64,000 nucleotides of DNA from Macrostomum lignano (taxonomy: Eukaryota), in NCBI GenBank assembly GCA_002269645.1, contig NIVC01003646.1, positions 1 to 64,000 of the forward strand, given 5' to 3'. Position numbers and translations under genes: made by a program. This document shows, piece by piece, positions 36,901 through 47,149 of this stretch; position 1 is the stretch's first letter; the number at the start of each line of letters is the position of its first letter. Below the pieces are notes generated by a model that saw only the letters and a program-made list of their open reading frames with translations, did not search any database and was not told the DNA's origin.

Positions 36901-39304
36901 AACCATGATTAGGTTTCTTGTCACTCCTAAGATATCATTGTTAGGACAGCTCTCGTCACTCCTAACCCATGGTCATTGTGTGATGAGAGTTATCTAGTCA
37001 CTCGTAAACCATGGTCATTGTGTGATGAGAGTTATCTAGTCACTCGTAAACCATGGTCATTGTGTGATGAGAGTTATCTAGTCACTCCTAACCCATGGTC
37101 ATTGTGTGATGAGAGTTATCTAGTCACTCGTAAACCATGGTCATTGTGTGATGAGAGTTATCTAGTCACTCGTAAACCATGGTCATTGTGTGATGAGAGT
37201 TATCTAGTCACTCCTAAACCATGGTCATTGTGTGATGAGAGTTATCTAGTCACTCCTAACCCATGGTCATTGTGTGATGAGAGTTATCTAGTCACTCGTA
37301 AACCATGGTCATTGTGTGATGATAGTTATCTAGTCACTCGTAAACCATGGTCATTGTGTGATGATAGTTATCTAGTCACTCGTAAACCATGGTCATTGTG
37401 TGATTAGAGTTATCTAGTCACTCGTAAACCATGGTCATTGTGTGATGAGAGTTATCTAGTCACTCGTAAACCATGGTCATTGTGTGATAATAGTTATCTA
37501 GTCACTCGTAAACCATGGTCATTGTGTGATGATAGTTATCTAGTCACTCGTAAACCATGGTCATTGTGTGATGAGAGTTATCTAGTCACTCGTAAACCAT
37601 GGTCATTGTGTGATGATAGTTATCTAGTCACTCGTAAACCATGGTCATTGTGTGATGATAGTTATCTAGTCACTCGTAAATCATGGTCATTGTGTGATGA
37701 TAGTTATCTAGTCACTCGTAAACCATGGTCATTGTGTGATGATAGTTATCTAGTCACTCGTAAACCATGGTCATTGTGTGATGATAGTTATCTGGTCACT
37801 CGTAAACCATGGTCATTGTGTGATGAGAGTTATCTAGTCACTCGTAAACCATGGTCATTGTGTGATGAGAGTTATCTAGTCACTCGTAAACCATCCAAAT
37901 GATTCATGATAAATCTTTCGCTCTGTAACCATATTGAAGATCATTTAATTATTAACATTCCTAGGGAGTATATCATGCTTTTTATATTATTATATCGTAT
38001 TTCTGATCACAGAATGCAAACCTTGATGTACATGCACACATACAACTTTCACCGTTTTTTTCGAACAACGCAGAAAAGGCCTATAATGAAAACTTATAAT
38101 TCCTCATTTCGAGAGTTTTTCATCGTATTTTCACTGAATCAACGACGAAAGCTTATTAAAATCAGTTGGTACACTCGAGCTTTGAAACTGTTTCAAAATG
38201 TTTCCAGTGTGACGTGTTATCCAGTGCATGATTTAGTTAATTAGTAAGTTGCAGACTGATGCTTGTTAAGAAAAGGCATGTTTTGTTAAGGATTTCAGCA
38301 TGCGTTCTGCAAGATTTTCAATGTGACACTAAGCCCAACACCAGGACAGTAGACGTATTCACAAATATGCTGTAGGAAAAAACAACTACTTTAAGTGGTT
38401 GCGATGCGAAAGGTTTTTGGCTTTCGAACAACTTTTAGAAAGATCCCGTCAAATGACTGTCGATAATTTAGGTTTAGGCTTGGGTTTAAATATAAGTTTA
38501 GGTTTAGGTTTGTGCTTAGATTTAGCTTTTGGTTTTAGGTTTGGATTTTTGTCCAGTTTTGGGTTTAGGTTAATGTTTAGGTTTGGGTTTAGGTTTAGGT
38601 AAATGTATCTCTATCAGGTTTGGGTTTATATTTAGGTTAATGTTTAGGTTTAGGTTTGGGTTTAGGTTAACGTTTTGGTTGGGTTTAGTTTTATGTTTAA
38701 GTTTTTGTTTAGCTTAATGTGTAGGTTTTGGTTTAGGTTAATGTTTAGGTTTAGGATTGGGTTTAGGTTAATGTTTAGGTTTAGGTTTAGGTTTAGATTA
38801 ATGTTTAGGTTTAGGTTTGGGTTTAGGTTAACGTTTAGGTTGTGTTTAGGTTAATGTTTAGGTTTGGGTTTAGGTTAATGTTTAGGTTTAGGATTGGGTT
38901 TAGGTTAATGTTTAGGTTTGGGTTTAGGTTTAGATTAATGTTTAGGTTTAGGTTGGGTTTAGGTTAATGTTTAGGTTTGGGTTTAGGTTAATGTTTAGGT
39001 TTGGGTTTAGGTTAATGTTTAGGTGTTCAATTTTTTAAGAAGATGCTCTATTGGTTCGAGCGATTTTAATCAAAACAAATCTATTTTTTGAAATTCTATT
39101 TGCTCCAGGCTTGCAGAGAGAGTTGAATTCAAAGACCATAAATGCATGAACTCTGCTTTTTTTATAAAAATATAAATGGTTAATTTTGCTGACTTAGTAA
39201 TTAATATAATTGCGTGTACTTTTGTTTCAGTGCGACACAAAACTTTACTGATCGGCCTGACAGAAGAGGAGATGGCTACTGTGAAAACTATGGCTCAGTT
39301 ATGA
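15977..39304 (+). CDS. FHOD3: FHOD-family formin (GBD/FH3-FH1-FH2-DAD); about 1509 aa with the cassette exon, about 1172 aa without
   Basis: Exons 15977-16153, 19919-20040, 20116-20174, 20270-20443, 20524-20618, 21051-21335, 22043-22445, 24024-25034, 26039-26733, 30273-30428, 33563-33790, 34664-35164, 36243-36792 and 39231-39304 are all GT-AG and phase-consistent. Diagnostic FHOD motifs: [36 protein letters not shown], poly-Pro FH1, [40 protein letters not shown] and the DAD-like DEEEMLD...[16 protein letters not shown]. The symbol means family membership, not one-to-one orthology. Confidence 0.95.
16414..19285. mobile_element. Non-autonomous hAT-type element (2872 bp) in FHOD intron 1
   Basis: Imperfect TIRs CAGGGTTTTTTTTT / AAAAAAAAAACCCAG are flanked by a perfect 8-bp TSD, AAGGATAT (16406-16413 and 19286-19293). 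Confidence 0.85.
17093..19155. repeat. Long inverted repeat: arms about 17093-17554 and 18688-19155 (about 460 bp, about 97% identical) with a spacer of about 1.1 kb
   Basis: Arms aligned by hand: 12 substitutions and one 5-bp indel. A partial direct copy of the arm lies at about 17555-17690. Confidence 0.9.
20661..21017. repeat. (GACA)n microsatellite with CCAA/GGCA interruptions, intronic
   Basis: Read directly; explains the RQTD / VCLS ORFs. Confidence 0.97.
21345..22028. repeat. (TATC)n / GATA microsatellite filling almost the whole intron
   Basis: Runs from about 10 nt after the donor to about 14 nt before the acceptor. Confidence 0.97.
22595..23155. repeat. 22/23-bp minisatellite with a 45-bp higher-order unit (CTAGAGAGTCCCGATCCC(C)ACAT)
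   Basis: GTCCC recurs at alternating 23- and 22-bp spacing. Confidence 0.92.
23625..23895 (+). mobile_element. tRNA-derived SINE
   Basis: A box TAGCCCAGTTG and B box GGTTCGATTC. The anticodon arm does not pair well, and the body GTGTCATTGAGCAAGAGACTT...CAGCTGTAAAAT is typical of invertebrate SINE central domains. Confidence 0.7.
24024..25034 (+). CDS. Phase 1-1 symmetric cassette exon of FHOD (337 codons; Gln/Ser-rich, then acidic with three D-x-L/M-M/L-S-x-F-Y motifs)
   Basis: Acceptor CAG|TG at 24024 (24030 is also in phase). Donor G|GTTTGA at 25035 has the same hexamer as the donor at 30429, but the 3' boundary is less certain. Confidence 0.65.
25330..25965. repeat. 38-bp minisatellite (CATGAAGCCTCAAAGAACTCACAACAATCAGACATTGT)n, about 16 copies
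   Basis: Period 38 measured at 25627 to 25665. Confidence 0.93.
26991..27483. mobile_element. MITE-like element with many subterminal GCGACT/AGTCGC motifs
   Basis: Ends GGTCATTGCA...TGCAAAGACC. No clear TSD. Confidence 0.35.
30503..33480. repeat. 21-bp satellite, about 140 copies, two variants (GTTAGTTGGGTGTCAGGTTCT and TCAAGTTGGGT(G/T)TCAGG(T/C)TCT)
   Basis: SWVSGSV / SWVSGSS is 7 codons. The array fills the FH2 intron 30429-33562. Confidence 0.97.
33808..34573. repeat. 28-bp satellite (AATCAGGCAGATCTAGCTGCCATTCCCT)n, about 27 identical copies
   Basis: Period 28; no variant copy seen. Confidence 0.97.
35235..36220. repeat. 44-bp dimeric minisatellite (2 x 22-bp CCCCTAGCAAC subunits) with degenerate flanks
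   Basis: Core GGCGCCCCTAGCAACCTATTCTAGCATCCCTAGCAACATACTCA, homogeneous at about 35400-35820. Confidence 0.92.
36930..37892. repeat. 42-bp minisatellite (GTCACTCGTAAACCATGGTCATTGTGTGATGAGAGTTATCTA)n, about 22 copies
   Basis: [14 protein letters not shown] is 14 codons. Confidence 0.96.
38467..39024 (+). repeat. Degenerate telomere-like (TTTAGG/TTTGGG/TTAATG) hexamer array, intronic
   Basis: Hexamer-based, with a recurring TTAGGTTAATGTTTAGGTTTGGGT higher-order unit. Confidence 0.8.
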
Positions 39305-41609
39305 CCCGATTTCAACTCTGTGCCTTGTTCAGTTTCTACCTGTGTCGGTGGTCCGCGTGTCACTTTCTTACCTCTGACTCAAACTTTTTGTATTCAATTT
39401 GAAATTTATTACTATAGTTGTTGGTAATGTTAGCAGAAATCCGCAGAATGCTAAGTTGAAATTAAAGTTAAAATTAAAATGCTAAGCAGCCTACTGCTCT
39501 GGTGAAAGGAATTAGTAGGAATGCTAGTAAATTGATGTGAATCAGGGGTTAGCGAATTCCGGCCCACGAGTCACATGCTGCCCTCGGGTGCTTTGAAACT
39601 TCACGGTTCCAGGTAATTGCTCTCTTCTCATCTCTGTTCTCACTCTTGTCTCTTTTCTCTCCCCTCCTCTGGCCCGCAGTCATACGCTGGGTTCTCCATC
39701 TGAGGTAAAATAAAAGTTTTCCTAGCCCCGATGAATAGATAAGGCTCAAGCAATTCTGTCTATGGCACATACTACTGTTCCCTATCTTTACCCAAAGAGT
39801 AGTTTAAGCGCAAATGCTTTTTTATTCTAATAGTATGGTGTAAATAGAAACTATTGAGCAGTCTGTAGAGTTTCTGTGCTCATGTCTAATAATTTAGGCA
39901 CCTTTTTCTTAGCTAGTTTATTCGACAATGTAATGTTTTAAAGTAGCTTTATTTTTTCACCATTTTGACCTCAATTTGTTTAATCTCCACTTTTAATTAA
40001 TGGATACTGCGATAGTTTAAAACATCGAAATGTTTGTAGTTTCAGGTTCAATAGGTGTTGTTTGAAACTTTTACAAAAGGATTTCAGATTTGTTATAACT
40101 ATATTTATGTTTCTATTATGACAAGAGAACGTTTTATTATAAATGCCTTGGAAAGTATACGGACCATTTAAAGCTTTTTACTTTCTTGAATTTTTTATTT
40201 ATTTATTCAATATTAGCTGGCTTAAAATACTATTTTCAACACAGCTGTGTTTCGCCATGTCTGCATGTAAAACCTGAGTTCTGCCTTTCACGCACTGGTT
40301 TCTTCAAACTTTAGTTATTTGTGTCTAGAATTTCCTTTTTTGATTGAAATATTGAGGACTTATTTTTTTCTCTGAATGACAAAAAACGATAGCAATACCC
40401 GTGATAGCCTACTTCTTTTCGCTTTTTCATATTCAGTAGTTGACTGGAAATTAAGACAGCTTTCGTTGTACGTATAACAAAAATTATTTTCTAATTTTCG
40501 ATGACTTTCGGGTGTTTATATTCTAAAAATAGCTATTTATACTTATTTTAAAAGTTGAAGAATGAAGCGCTCTTTTTCTTGAAAAAAGTTTGAAAGCTTG
40601 CTGGTTGTTTTAAATCTGCACATTAATACTTTTTTGAATTTTCACTGCACATATGTAAATCGTTTTTTGAGCATGAGACAATAATTGATTCATTTAAAAT
40701 TCTAAGAAACAATAACTTTTCATCCTTTTACTTGTAGTAGTAATTTACATATTGTTGACAGACAACTTGCTTTAGTAGTATTTTGTTATTAATATTAATC
40801 TGCGCCATCGAGATGCAATTTCTTGATCAATGGCACAGAGTCTATATCTATATATGGTATAAACGCATATATATAGGCTTGGCTATTTTATAAAACGTCT
40901 AAATATTATGCATCACTGAAAGCTGTGCTCATATCGACTGAAAATTTTGTAAAAACTTGGTAATTGCTCATGCTCAATAATGATTACTTTACTATTGAAT
41001 GTCAAAATTTTCACGAGATCTGTTTTGTTACTTTGCCAGTCATTTTATTCGCCTGTTAAACTTTGCATGCTACTATCCATAAATAAAATGGGGCAGTAGG
41101 TGACATGATTTTGCAAATAATTAATAAAGTACTCATATTTGCCTTTACTGAAAGCGTTAAATGTTTAATTGTAAATTTCATGTTCCAGCGTTCTAACAAT
41201 GTTTGCGTATCTTCAACTATGCTATGGTATACAATTATGATATGTACATGTAGATATAGATACACCTAAAGTAGTATAAGCAGCTACGTCGTATTCTGCG
41301 TACATCTATACATTTTTGCTCTATTGACGATAGACTATAGCCCATATACGAGTAGCTACCGCTTGGGGGCTGCATTGGAAATAATATTTTTAACGGTAAA
41401 ATAAAGGACGGCTTGATTAAGTAGGACGCGAAACATTCTTCTTAATAAAATTTTCAGGACCAGATTTGTGAAGAAGGCAATTTAGAGAAAGGAAATTAAT
41501 TATTTTTCTGCGGCACAAAAAAACTGTTACCAAGGACTACTTAACTACTTAACTTTATGCTAGTGGTCCTTGACTGTTACATACCTAGCTTTTTTGGACG
41601 CAGATAGAT

Positions 41610-42050
41610 AGTGATGGGTTTCGATCTTTTTGGCATTAAAGCTTCAGGGCCTCAGGCCTCAGAAATGAATCAATTAGAGTCCTGACCTCTCCACTCCTGT
41701 CAGATGGTCAGCCCCAAGGTAGCTTGATCTGTGGCGAGCAGTCTAGGTCATATAGCTAAGAGAGGGACAGCGAGAGATAAGCAGGGAGAATTTTAAAGGT
41801 AGAGATTGGCTAATCCACAGATAACTGACCCGCCGCCATGCACCAGCCCGTGCACCGGCTCACCAAACCGGAGCTTTCGAAATCGGGCTTCCGACTAGAA
41901 AGGGGGCTTTGCTCTTACTTGCCAACTAGTGCCTTTTTGTCGTCATTCTCGAAGTCATAGCCGATGATAATTGGGACACTGCTGGGATTCGATCGTATTG
42001 GCCATGCGGGGACAGAGGGGACTTGTGCAGAGGGTTCTTACGCTGGCGAG
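41610..42050 (-). mobile_element. Possible older Penelope-like relic
   Basis: The minus strand has an LPAYLSL-like GIY-YIG tail and a damaged CTGAAG...AAAGATCGAAAC hammerhead-like motif. Confidence 0.3.
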
Positions 42051-42559
42051 ACTAGCTACATGTACTATTAATTTGCTAAATAAGAAAGATATTGTACAAT
42101 TCTAGCCTGCAACGTGCTAACCAGCCTTCTTGTAGCACTGATGATAGACTACATGTAACCTGAAATTTTAGAGATCGCATAGTGATTATACTACCCGAGC
42201 CACTAGCGCATCACTAGCGCCGATTTTGCACTGCTGGCAATTTCGCTAACTAATTTTAGAGAAAAAGTGATTCATAGCAAACATCTTTGTCCGTGACAAG
42301 TTTACACGAATACGCTCGTAAGGTGATTTTTAAAAGTGAAGAAGAAATTGGTTCTTAAGAAAATGTGCTTTTTTAATTGTTTTCAATATTAAGTAAAAAT
42401 TATTACGAGCTATATAGCGAGAAAATTGAGAGAAAAAAGTTTAAATTAAAAAGTCCCACCTTAAAAATATAAGATTCTTAGAGAAATTCTCTACTTTAAC
42501 TAAATTGCAGGTAAGTTGCTGGCTTGGCAAGTACGATGAATAGGAAGGCAAAAATCAAT

Positions 42560-43010
42560 ATTAAATTAATTAATTTGAACGACGCGTTTCGCACGATACT
42601 GTGCATCTTCAGGTTTATTTTTGAGCTAAAGAAACGAGAGTGAGATCGGCAGTAAATAAATACAAAATTTTGGGGTGTAAATCAATATTTGAAGTACATG
42701 TTTGTTGGTCTAAAAGTCAAGAGGCAATGTCCAGGGATGGAATGATAGCGATATAGTTAGAAGTATATAATGTAACATCCGGTGTCCCCAGCTCCCTCAG
42801 AACACACGGAGAACATGTCCCGCGCCACTGTGTTGGAGTTGAGTGTTGAGGTTGGGGGAATGCGCTTTAATGTATGTACAGCGCTTCACGTATCTGGAGT
42901 TTGGAGTCAAATGAGCATTGATCAATGACTTTGAAGCGCGCTCTTCGGGTTTGCAGTTGGAGCAACTACTCAGCAACAGTCAAAAGTTCTACCCCACTAA
43001 GCGAAATTAT
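42560..43010 (-). mobile_element. Penelope-like retroelement 3' relic (GIY-YIG C-terminus plus pLTR segment)
   Basis: FKVIDQCSFDSKLQIREALYI, frameshift, then KAHSPNLNTQLQHSGAGHVLRVF*. A hammerhead motif follows downstream. Confidence 0.75.
42578..42616 (-). ncRNA. Minimal type I hammerhead ribozyme motif
   Basis: Minus strand: AAAC-CTGAAGA-T-GCAC(AGTATC)GTGC-GAAAC-GC-GTC^GTT. The core, stem II and palindromic ACGCGT stem III are intact; stem I has only about 3 bp. Confidence 0.75.
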
Positions 43011-43094
43011 TTTTTCAGGGGACGCGCAAAGCTTATTGCCGCTTGGGGGTGGCTTGGGTCTGCTTAATGGTCCAGGCCTGGACATTAAGCAGAC

Positions 43095-43200
43095 CCAAGC
43101 CCAGGAACAACGCCGCCACACCAAGCCGATGCTGTTAGTCAACTGAAGGAACAGCTACAGCTGCGCACTCTGCGCTGGCCTTCCCGGTCCCCAGACTAAC
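43095..43200 (+). mobile_element. Tc1/mariner transposase relic
   Basis: Frameshifted Q.NA/PPHQADAVSQLKEQLQLRTLRWPSRSPD* matches the QDNA.PH...WP..SPDLNPIE motif. Confidence 0.55.
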
Positions 43201-45868
43201 AGGCTTGATGCTCTGCAGCTGTAGACTCAGGATGATGCTGTCACAGTCTTCGCAGATAGCTAGCAGGTGATGATCTTAACTTTGATGTTCGCTGCTGATG
43301 ACCGGGGGACTCGTCCTTGATGATGATGGGGGGAAGTCGCAATCCGCGGGGATCAAGAAACGACGGTCAGTTCCTGGCCGGTGGAGCAGGAACCAGGAAA
43401 GTTGAGGTCCGAGCGGGCCAAAAACACCGGTTTAAATAACCGCCAACTGGACCGCAGTTTGTTATAATGGAAGACGTCGATTCTGATTGGCTGAGCCGTT
43501 TTGTTAAAATGAGTGCCGAATTTTTTGATTGGCTATAAGCTTGTTGCTACCCAGAATCACGTGACCGGGAGATCCTTACAGGGTTTACAGGGTCGTAAAA
43601 AGATGACAGGTGCGGTCATAAATCAATCAAAATCGCAACAAAATGATTTATGACTTTTCGCGTAGGATTGACAGAAATTAATGAAATATATACATTAGAA
43701 AGCTCTTATTAAATAGAAAGTGAAGATAATGAAGAGAAATCACTAATTGCTAATCCCAAGGTACTTTTAGCCTAGGGGTAAAATGCATAGCTGTCAAAGC
43801 TGTCACACGCTTGAGTGAACACGAACAATAGGCTCTGACCTCATAAATCTTGATGGCCTGTCAAAACGATGAGAAAAAAGCTGCTATTCGCATCCCCTCA
43901 GGCCATCTGGCGCCAGCCTCAACACTGAGTGAGGCGCAGGTGGCTGTCAGACAAACTTTGAAAGCGATGATTTACGACCCAAAAAGCTGCGCCTACTAGT
44001 ATGACTACTAGTATGACCAAACATTATATCTAGTATAGATTCTAGGACAATTCGCAGAAAAAGAATAAAAATGCCCTTAGCCTGCTGTCAGTAGGCTAGT
44101 AAGTTTAGAGCCCATGTGCTAGCGCGGGATTTGGGAAAAAGTGCGTCCTCATCAATTGAAGCTTACCAGAAAACACATTTTGAACTGTCTTCAGTTATGT
44201 CCAATTTGTTTTAATGTGTAATGTGAAAGGCGAGCGGGGCGTGTTTGAGGTGAGGTGGGGCGGAGAAAGAAAAAATAAAATTGGAAACTGATAAAACTTG
44301 GGGTTTTCAATTGGGGTTTCTTCGAAACCGGTCGACGTTGCGTTCGCACGAATAAAGCCGGAAATTATCGCGCAGACGAATCACAACGGAATTTTTCTCC
44401 TGTTTTACTCCGACTGCCGGGTTCCTCAAGTCCGGGGGAAGGGTATAGTCGTAATCGTAGCGGCCGGAGCGCGGTCGTGTAGCGGCGCGGTCGTTCAAAT
44501 GATAAGACACCGTAGATTCAGACACCGAAATTGAGCGTGTCGATTTTTCTAAGCTTGTTAATTCCAGTAGGGTAGAGCTGCCACCACCGTAATTTACGTA
44601 TTATGGAACGAATAGGTCTCTGAGCTTTCTTGAGCTGAGAACTTTAATTGGTTGTTTTACGCCCCACGGGCAAATAACTCAAGATAGGCTATGGCTTAAA
44701 GTCAACGAATAAATATGGCTGTTACGTTTATTGATTTATTAGTATCTTTATTAATATAATGGAGAGAATGTTAAATTGATGTTGTTAATCGTTTACGTCG
44801 AGTTGATTCTGCGGGCCGCGCGGTGCTAACGGCTAATTAAGATAAATAAACTGGATAGGCGCACAAGTAAATCGAATGACAAAACTAGAAACAGAAAACT
44901 AAGAAAAGGACGAGGAGGCGGAGAAGGATGCAGTTTACACCGAAACGAACATCAATATATAATTGCCTCAAACTCTACCTCGGCTGGACCACAAAAAGGA
45001 AAAATTAAACACGCACAGGGACCAGCCGCAGTAGGAAAAGCGAAAGTATTGAATTAAGGGTCTTAAGAAGTATAATAAGCAACTGGAAACAATTATACGC
45101 AAAAGGGAGATTAGCACTCCCATTACGGGACGGGGAGCGTGACGGAAAACGTCCCGGCGTGGGAGAACAATTCCGGGTTGGGACAACACGATCACGTAAA
45201 GGTAAACCGATTTAAAGTTTTATTAAAATAATGACTATGTAAAATTTAATAGACCAAATTAATAAAGGGGCAGCCACCTGCCACAGAGGGAGACCCGTTG
45301 GATTATTAATTTCTCGCGATGTGTTTTTGAATGAAAAAAATATCGTCTCCTATTCATGACGAGACCGCAAAAAGCGTCCGAGGTGGTTGAGGTTGCTTTT
45401 ATTTTCTCGCGACAGTAGTCTCGCAGCTTTTGCTTTCATTCGTTACAGTTCACAGTTACAGGTAAGTTTTCTTTCTCAAATGAATTTGTCTTATTTGTGA
45501 CTAATTCTGGCCATCAGGCCATCCTAAGATTCAAGTCTTCGGACTAGCTTAATTTGCAAGTCTAACCTAAGGTGCCTAGCCTACCAAGGTGCAAGTCAAT
45601 TAGGCCTAGCAGTTAGGCGACTAGGCGTTAGCCGTTAAGACTAAGCATAAGCATCAAAATGTTTGGTTACTCTTAACTCTACACTGTCATTTACATTAAT
45701 CATTTAATTCACAGTACCATAGTAGGCTACTAAGACCTAAGTGCTACTAGCATAAAGTAGGACTAACACTGGGCTAGACTTCTCGTAAGTCTAGGCCTAG
45801 GCCTATAAATAAACTGGGCCTAGCCATCTATCTATTCTAATTGTATTATTTTATATGCTAATTCAAGT

Positions 45869-46305
45869 GGCAATCCTGAAGATTCCCACGTTTAATTATT
45901 TTATGGAATTAAAGCAATCCAATAAAAAAGTCTGTCAGTGTTACACTACTGGCATGGGTAATAGTGTCTAATCCAGTATAGGATATTGCCAAACTGATGG
46001 TCCGGGAAGGCCCGGCGCCACATGAACTATTGCAGGTATGTGCTGAAAAAGGCATCCAAAGTCCCATGCATGGCCCGGAATTTCATAGCAGCCCATACTT
46101 GGCCAGCCATTGGATGCCTGTCTCATCAGTTAGAGCCATCAATTCACAATGGTTGATGCTAGGTTCAGCTAGTTCAATAGTCAGTGTAATTTCTTGAGGA
46201 TCCACGATTGTCTGGGGTGCTGGAGGTTGCCCTGCCATAATTCTATGGCTGAAATGTGTATAAAAATGCGTAAAATAATTAAACGCGGGAATCTTCAGGA
46301 TTGCC
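45869..46305 (-). mobile_element. Internally deleted Merlin (IS1595-related) DNA transposon, 437 bp
   Basis: TIRs of about 34 bp (GGCAATCCTGAAGATTCCC...) and an 8-bp TSD, ATTCAAGT/TTTCAAGT. The transposase N-terminus (MAGQ...IQWLAKYGLL) is fused to the C-terminus (KFRAMHGT...YLQ*FMWRR.F....FGNILYWIRHYYP). Confidence 0.85.
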
Positions 46306-47149
46306 TTTCAAGTTACTATACAGTCATGTTTAGTAACTTTTTACCTTTTTACTATAATTTATTATAATTCATTCTATGAAAATTATTGTAACTTGAAGTA
46401 GTCTACAACTTCTTTATTAGGATAAGGACTTCACTAAGATTTTGAAAGTTTATTTTTTGTATTTTTATACATACATTTGATAGAGCCAGAGGAGAGTGTT
46501 AGAATTATAAATTTTTATTTTTTCTATATCATTTTCAACTTTCAAAATCTTATTGAAGTCCTTAATTAGGGCCTGCCCTAAAAGAAGGCAAAATCCAAAA
46601 ATTAACTAGGCAAGTTTTTTCAAATTCATTTTTGGCAATTTTAAAGCAATAAATAGCATAGGGACTTTAGTAAGAATACCATAAGGTAAAAATTGTATAA
46701 AAACAAATATATGTGCAACTTTGAGAATAAATTACTCAATATTAGGTTTTATAAAAATTGGAAATATACCTAATAAAATACCATAGTCAGGAAGGTATAC
46801 CATGTGCGCTAGAATAAATTTCTCCCATTTTTTCTAATGCAACATGCACTAAAACAATTTTTTTGTTATACCATATGCCGGTGCTTGGAATAGTTAAAAA
46901 TGCTTTTTATAAATTTGTTACAATGTTACTCCTGGACTAAAATCAATTTTTGTCCAAGCCTTCTAGCACAGATCTTGCAGAACATTACTTTTTGTTAAAA
47001 CTTTTGAGCTTAAAGATAATTATTTTGAAAGATAGATTCAATAAATTTTTTTCAGGATTTTCTTTAGACATTTTAAATGAAAATTAAAAAACTAACAAAA
47101 ATTTTAGGGTGGTCACTCTCAAGTGACATGTAAAGTATAAGGAATTACT

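Noticed and set aside
33808-37892. CRISPR-like arrays (28-44-bp repeats)
   Set aside because: The repeats are head-to-tail with no unique spacers, in a eukaryotic intron, with no cas genes.
36976-37902. [14 protein letters not shown] repeat proteins
   Set aside because: They are translations of the 42-bp intronic minisatellite.
44307-44525. Short ORF faintly resembling a 2OG-Fe(II) oxygenase tail
   Set aside because: No HxD motif and too short to support a call.
44876-45142. Purine-rich coding-like relic with four internal stops
   Set aside because: No recognisable motif. Stops derivable from C>T are uninformative because every stop codon begins with T.
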